In this document: piece by piece, positions 7,479 to 11,157 of the stretch
Layout of the letters: each line of letters opens with the position of its first letter
Position numbering within the stretch: position 1 is the first letter of the stretch
The notes under the pieces: model-generated
The model's input: the letters and a program-made list of their open reading frames with translations, nothing else
The model's database searches: none
Told to the model about the DNA's origin: nothing
Program-made: the position numbers and the translations under genes
Assembly (NCBI GenBank): GCA_040905465.1
Contig: JBBDRK010000029.1
Coordinates: 56,900 to 68,056 of the forward strand
Direction of reading: 5' to 3'
DNA: 11,157 bases
Source of the DNA: Trueperaceae bacterium
GTDB lineage: Bacteria; Deinococcota; Deinococci; Deinococcales; Trueperaceae

Positions 7479-8944
7479 TGGACGGCGGATCGCGACGAGC
7501 ATCGATGAGCGTACCGCGGGCGCCGACCGGCGCTACGCTGCTCGCGGCGCTGTTGCTTGCCTTGCTGCCGGCAACGGCACTCGCGCAACCGGCGCCCGCG
7601 GAGTGGCCGGCACCGACCGAACTCGAACCGGAGCCGATCGAGTACACGGCTCCCGAACCGCGCCAGGAGCGGCTCGCCAACGGGCTAGTCGTATACCTGC
7701 TGGAAGATCGCGCACTTCCCCTTGTCCAGGGCGTCGCCTACGTGAAGGCGCCGTCGCTCTACGACCCGGAGGGCAAGACCGGCTTGGCGGCCATGACCGC
7801 CGCGATGCTGCGCGAAGGGGGCGCCGGCGGAACTCCTCCCGACGAACTCGACGCCAGGCTAGAGCAGTTGGCGGCGGCGGTCGAGGCTTCGGCCAGCGAG
7901 GTGCTGGCCTCGGTAGGCTTCGACGCACTGAGCGACACGCTCGACGAGGTCCTGCCCCTGTGGCGCGACGTGCTGGTGGCACCGGACTTCGATGCCGGTC
8001 GGCTTGAGGTGCTGCGCCGGCGCCAACTCGAAGCGATCCGACGGGTAGTGGACAACCCGGTGCAACTGGCGCTGCGCGAATTCCTGTTCCGGGTGGTCGA
8101 CGGGCATCCGGCCGGCGCATACCCGACCGAAGAGACCATCAACGCAATCACCCGTGACGACCTTCTTGCCTTCCACGGCAGCTACTTCGGCCCGGCGAAC
8201 ACCGTGGTCGCCGTTTCCGGCGACTTCGACAGCGATCGGATGCTGTCGGCCCTCGAGGAGTTGCTGGGAGGCTGGGACGTCGCGGTCGACGAGCCGCCGG
8301 AGACACCGGAGTTCGCCGACGATCCCGAACCGCGACTCTACTTCGCCGAGAAGGAGATCGGCCAGAGCATCGTCATAATCGGCCACCCCTCGGTCCGGGC
8401 GTACACGCCCGCCTACAACGACCTAGATGTCGCCAACCATCTCCTGGGCGGCGGCGGATTCACCAGCAGGCTGTTCGAGCAGATCCGGACCCGCCGCGGT
8501 CTCGCCTATTCGACCGCCTCGTTCGTTACCCAGGGGTTCGACTATCCCGGCATCTTCGTGGCGTACAGCATCTCGCCGGCACAAGCCACCGGCCAGGTCA
8601 TCGAGCTCCTCCTCAGCGAGGTCGAGCGCCTGCGCTCCAGCCTGCCGGACTCCGCGGAGCTCGAGCGCGCCCGCGAAACCATCCTCAACCAGTCGCTCTT
8701 CCGCTTCACCTCGCCGGCGGCAATCGCTCAGCGCACCGCGCGGGTGCGGCTGCTGGGGCTCGAGCCCGACTATTACGAACGCTACCTGGAGAACCTGCAG
8801 GAGATCTCCGCCGACGACATCCAGCGGGTGGCGCACGAGGAGCTGCACCCCGACAGGGCCGTGATCATGGTGGTGGGAGATCCCTCGATGTTCGACCGGA
8901 GACTGGACGAATTCGGCGAGGTCGTCACGCTCGAGCTGGAGTGA
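7478..8944 (+). CDS. M16B peptidase, non-catalytic partner subunit, predicted exported
   Basis: M16 fold motifs LANGLVVYLLED and SRLFEQIRTRRGLAY. HXXEH is replaced by AMTAA. Signal peptide ...LLAALLLALLPATALA-Q. TGATG overlap with the upstream gene; alternative starts at 7475 and 7505. Confidence 0.92.
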   Translation: MDGGSRRASMSVPRAPTGATLLAALLLALLPATALAQPAPAEWPAPTELEPEPIEYTAPEPRQERLANGLVVYLLEDRALPLVQGVAYVKAPSLYDPEGKTGLAAMTAAMLREGGAGGTPPDELDARLEQLAAAVEASASEVLASVGFDALSDTLDEVLPLWRDVLVAPDFDAGRLEVLRRRQLEAIRRVVDNPVQLALREFLFRVVDGHPAGAYPTEETINAITRDDLLAFHGSYFGPANTVVAVSGDFDSDRMLSALEELLGGWDVAVDEPPETPEFADDPEPRLYFAEKEIGQSIVIIGHPSVRAYTPAYNDLDVANHLLGGGGFTSRLFEQIRTRRGLAYSTASFVTQGFDYPGIFVAYSISPAQATGQVIELLLSEVERLRSSLPDSAELERARETILNQSLFRFTSPAAIAQRTARVRLLGLEPDYYERYLENLQEISADDIQRVAHEELHPDRAVIMVVGDPSMFDRRLDEFGEVVTLELE

Positions 8945-8983
8945 GACGAGGTCCGGCGACTTTCGAAATGGGGTCCGCCGGGC

Positions 8984-8989
8984 TAAGCT
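8984..8989 (+). promoter_or_regulatory. Putative -10 element for a leaderless HAD transcript
   Basis: TAAGCT 8 nt before ATG 8998; no convincing SD. Confidence 0.45.
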
Positions 8990-8997
8990 GGCGTGGT

Positions 8998-9849
8998 ATG
9001 GATTCACGCCGCCTCCTGGCCTTCGACCTCGACCGAACCCTTCTCACCGACGATTACCGGCTGCCGCTGCGCATCGAGACCGCCATTCGCGAAGCCCGCA
9101 ACTGCGGGCATCTCGTTACGGTGCTGACCGGGCGCCCGAGGGCGGCCGCACTGCCCTATCTGGAACAGCTCGAGATCGATGGACCTTACAGCGTCAACCA
9201 CGGAGCGATGGTCTACGGCACCGCCGGCGAGATCGTCCGCCGCACCCGGCTCGAGGCCGCGCTGGTCGCCGACATTCTCACCCCTTACCTCGCCGTCGGC
9301 GACCTGGACTTCTCGTGCATGGTCGACGACGTGCTCTTCGTTCGTGACCCCGGTGACGACCGCTGGTCATGGGCGCACACCCGCAACAGGCTGGTTCAGC
9401 GGTTCGACCCGGCAGCGGCGCTAGACGCCGACAAGGTGGTGTTCGCGGCCGATCCGCGCACGGAGGCGATCGAGCAGGAGATCCAGGCGCGCCTGCCCGA
9501 TCTGGTGACCTACCTGTGGGGCGACGGATACCTGGAGATTACCGGTGCCGACGCCGACAAGGGCGGCGCATTGCGCCTGATCGCGCAGATGCTGCAGGTG
9601 CCGCGTGAGGCGACGGTTGCTTTCGGAGACGGCCTTAACGACGTCACCATGGTGGGCTGGGCCGGTCACGGGGTGGCAGTCGGGTCATACGCCCATCCCG
9701 AGGTAGTCGCCGAAGCCGCCGAGCGGATCGCTGCTCCCGAAGATGGCGGAGTGGCGTCGTGGATCGAGAGAAACCTGCTTACGACCAGCGCAGAAGAGCG
9801 ACCGGCGGACGCTCACGCCTCTGTCCCGTCGGTGAAGAGCCGGACATAG
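8998..9849 (+). CDS. Cof-type HAD-superfamily (subfamily IIB) hydrolase/phosphatase
   Basis: Motif I LLAFDLDRTLL, motif II LTGR, YLEIT..ADKG (motif III Lys) and motif IV AFGDGLND. Start revised from 8941 to ATG 8998 so that motif I is N-terminal. Confidence 0.92.
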   Translation: MDSRRLLAFDLDRTLLTDDYRLPLRIETAIREARNCGHLVTVLTGRPRAAALPYLEQLEIDGPYSVNHGAMVYGTAGEIVRRTRLEAALVADILTPYLAVGDLDFSCMVDDVLFVRDPGDDRWSWAHTRNRLVQRFDPAAALDADKVVFAADPRTEAIEQEIQARLPDLVTYLWGDGYLEITGADADKGGALRLIAQMLQVPREATVAFGDGLNDVTMVGWAGHGVAVGSYAHPEVVAEAAERIAAPEDGGVASWIERNLLTTSAEERPADAHASVPSVKSRT

Positions 9850-9906
9850 GGCTCATAGCGGAACCTGCGATTTCGAACCGGAGTCGGGACCGATCTATAT
9901 CAGACC

Positions 9907-9935
9907 TTGACACTCTGGATTCTCCTTGTCATGAT
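9907..9935 (+). promoter_or_regulatory. Sigma70-type promoter of the Fe(III) ABC transporter
   Basis: Perfect TTGACA (9907-9912), 17-nt spacer, CATGAT (9930-9935), preceded by an extended -10 TG (9927-9928). Confidence 0.7.
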
Positions 9936-9941
9936 GCGTTC

Positions 9942-9967
9942 AAATCCTGATGCGCGCGCTCGGATTT
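9942..9967. promoter_or_regulatory. Imperfect inverted repeat at the predicted transcription start; candidate repressor operator
   Basis: AAATCCTGA-TGCGCGCGC-TCGGATTT, with AT-rich arms AAATCC/GGATTT in a GC-rich genome. Confidence 0.5.
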
Positions 9968-10026
9968 AAATTTCCGGCCGGCCGTTTTTCGGCCGAGCCC
10001 TCAGATCCATGAGAAGGGGAACGATC

Positions 10027-11049
10027 GTGAACACACCGCTACGCCTACTCGCCCTGTCCTGCCTGCTGGCACTGCTGACCTCGGTCAGCGCCCAGTCGGA
10101 CGTCGTGAACGTCTACTCCGCTCGTCACTACGACAGCGACGAGGAGCTGTTCAACGAGTTCACCGAGCAGACCGGTATCGAAGTGAACGTCATCGAGGCC
10201 AACGCCGACGAGCTCATCGAGCGGATCAGGAGCGAGGGCGCCAACAGTCCGGCCGACGTGATCATCACGGTGGATGCCGGGCGCCTCTGGCGTGCCGACC
10301 AGGCCGGGCTCCTCGCACCGGTGGAGTCACCCGTCCTTGAAGCTGCCATTCCCGAGAGCCTGCGCCACCCTGAAGGCAAGTGGTTCGGCCTGACACGGCG
10401 GGTAAGGGCGATCGTCTACAACAGGGAAACCGTCGATTCCAGCGAACTGTCAACCTACGAGAATCTGGCGGACCCCGAGTGGGAGGGCCGAGTCTGCATC
10501 CGCTCCTCGGGCAACGTATACAACCAGTCGCTGGTCGCCTCGCTGATCGAGGCACACGGCGCCGCCGCCGCAGAGGAGTGGGCCGAGGGACTGGTCGAGA
10601 ACTTCGCTCGCAACCCGCAAGGCGGCGACACCGACCAGATACTGGCGGTGGCTGCCGGCGAGTGCGACGTTGCCGTCGCCAACCACTATTACCTCGCCCG
10701 GCTGATCACCTCCGACGACCCGGCGGATCGGGAGGTCGCCGACCGGGTAGAGATCTTCTTCCCCAACCAGGAGAGCCGAGGCGCTCACGTGAACATCAGC
10801 GGCGCCGGAGTGGTGACCAGCGCACCGAATCAGCGGAACGCCATCCGCTTCATCGAGTTCCTGACCACTCCTCAGGCGCAGGAGATCTTCGCCAGGGGCA
10901 ACAACGAGTTTCCCGTGGTCGAGGGCGTGCCGGCCTCCGACGTCGCCCAGGGCTTCGGCGAGTTCGAGGCGGACAGCGTGAGCGTTGCCGCCTACGGCGA
11001 GAACAATCCCGAGGCGGTCCGAATCATGGACCGTGCCGGCTGGCGCTGA
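10027..11049 (+). CDS. Fe(III) ABC transporter periplasmic substrate-binding protein (FutA/IdiA/FbpA family)
   Basis: Signal peptide ending VSA-Q. YSARHY, SSGNVYNQS and ANHYY give the His + 4 Tyr ligand set of FutA-type proteins. Also EGANSPADV, DAGRL and GAHVNISGAGV. GTG 10027 has SD AAGGGGA; ATG 10009 is an alternative start. Confidence 0.94.
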   Translation: MNTPLRLLALSCLLALLTSVSAQSDVVNVYSARHYDSDEELFNEFTEQTGIEVNVIEANADELIERIRSEGANSPADVIITVDAGRLWRADQAGLLAPVESPVLEAAIPESLRHPEGKWFGLTRRVRAIVYNRETVDSSELSTYENLADPEWEGRVCIRSSGNVYNQSLVASLIEAHGAAAAEEWAEGLVENFARNPQGGDTDQILAVAAGECDVAVANHYYLARLITSDDPADREVADRVEIFFPNQESRGAHVNISGAGVVTSAPNQRNAIRFIEFLTTPQAQEIFARGNNEFPVVEGVPASDVAQGFGEFEADSVSVAAYGENNPEAVRIMDRAGWR

Positions 11050-11060
11050 CCCGGCCGAAG

Positions 11061-11085
11061 GGCGCTTCCTGGACCAGCAAGCGCC
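11061..11085 (+). other. Stem-loop just downstream of the SBP gene (mRNA stabiliser or terminator-like, no U-tract)
   Basis: GGCGCTT-C-CTG-GAC-CAG-C-AAGCGCC is a near-perfect 25-bp palindrome. Confidence 0.5.
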
Positions 11086-11157
11086 AAGTCGCCCACCATG
11101 CGCTAGTCGAAGCAGCAAGCGCCGAGGGGCCAAAAACGAAGCGCGCGCCACACCGGC

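Noticed and set aside
7760..7820. Second M16 gene as a pseudogene because HXXEH is missing
   Set aside because: The ORF is intact and full length and retains the R/Y motif. Loss of HXXEH is the normal state of the partner subunit.
9850..10008. Riboswitch, tRNA or other known ncRNA in the lower-GC intergenic region
   Set aside because: No recognisable riboswitch or tRNA consensus by eye. Promoter and operator elements explain the composition. An Rfam scan would be needed to exclude it formally.
5961..10019. Repeated TGAGAAGGGG (5961-5970 and 10010-10019), and GAGAAGGG near 7462
   Set aside because: All lie just upstream of start codons and are adequately explained as Shine-Dalgarno regions.

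Overview
High-GC chromosomal housekeeping region, probably from a Deinococcota bacterium (possibly Trueperaceae-like). That assignment is inferred from the SdhC N-terminus MYRGREGQWAF, the sdhCDAB order and several leaderless-type promoters. The + strand carries a tail-anchored PP2C phosphatase, ridA and a membrane-anchored DPBB/3D-like protein. These converge on a complete minus-strand sdhCDAB operon. Divergent from sdh are a secreted two-gene M16B peptidase pair, a Cof-type HAD hydrolase and a FutA/IdiA-type Fe(III) ABC substrate-binding protein. No mobile-element gene, CRISPR array or structural RNA gene is supported. The leads most worth checking are: (i) a spacer-less 27/40-bp tandem hairpin array at the left edge built on GCG(A/G)AGC mini-hairpin motifs; (ii) an expansin/3D hybrid protein with Asn at the apparent catalytic Asp position; (iii) a 25-bp operator-like inverted repeat at the iron-transporter promoter, whose left half recurs exactly upstream of the DPBB gene. 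None is demonstrated to be a new system. Several ORF-track starts are revised using SD or -10 evidence.
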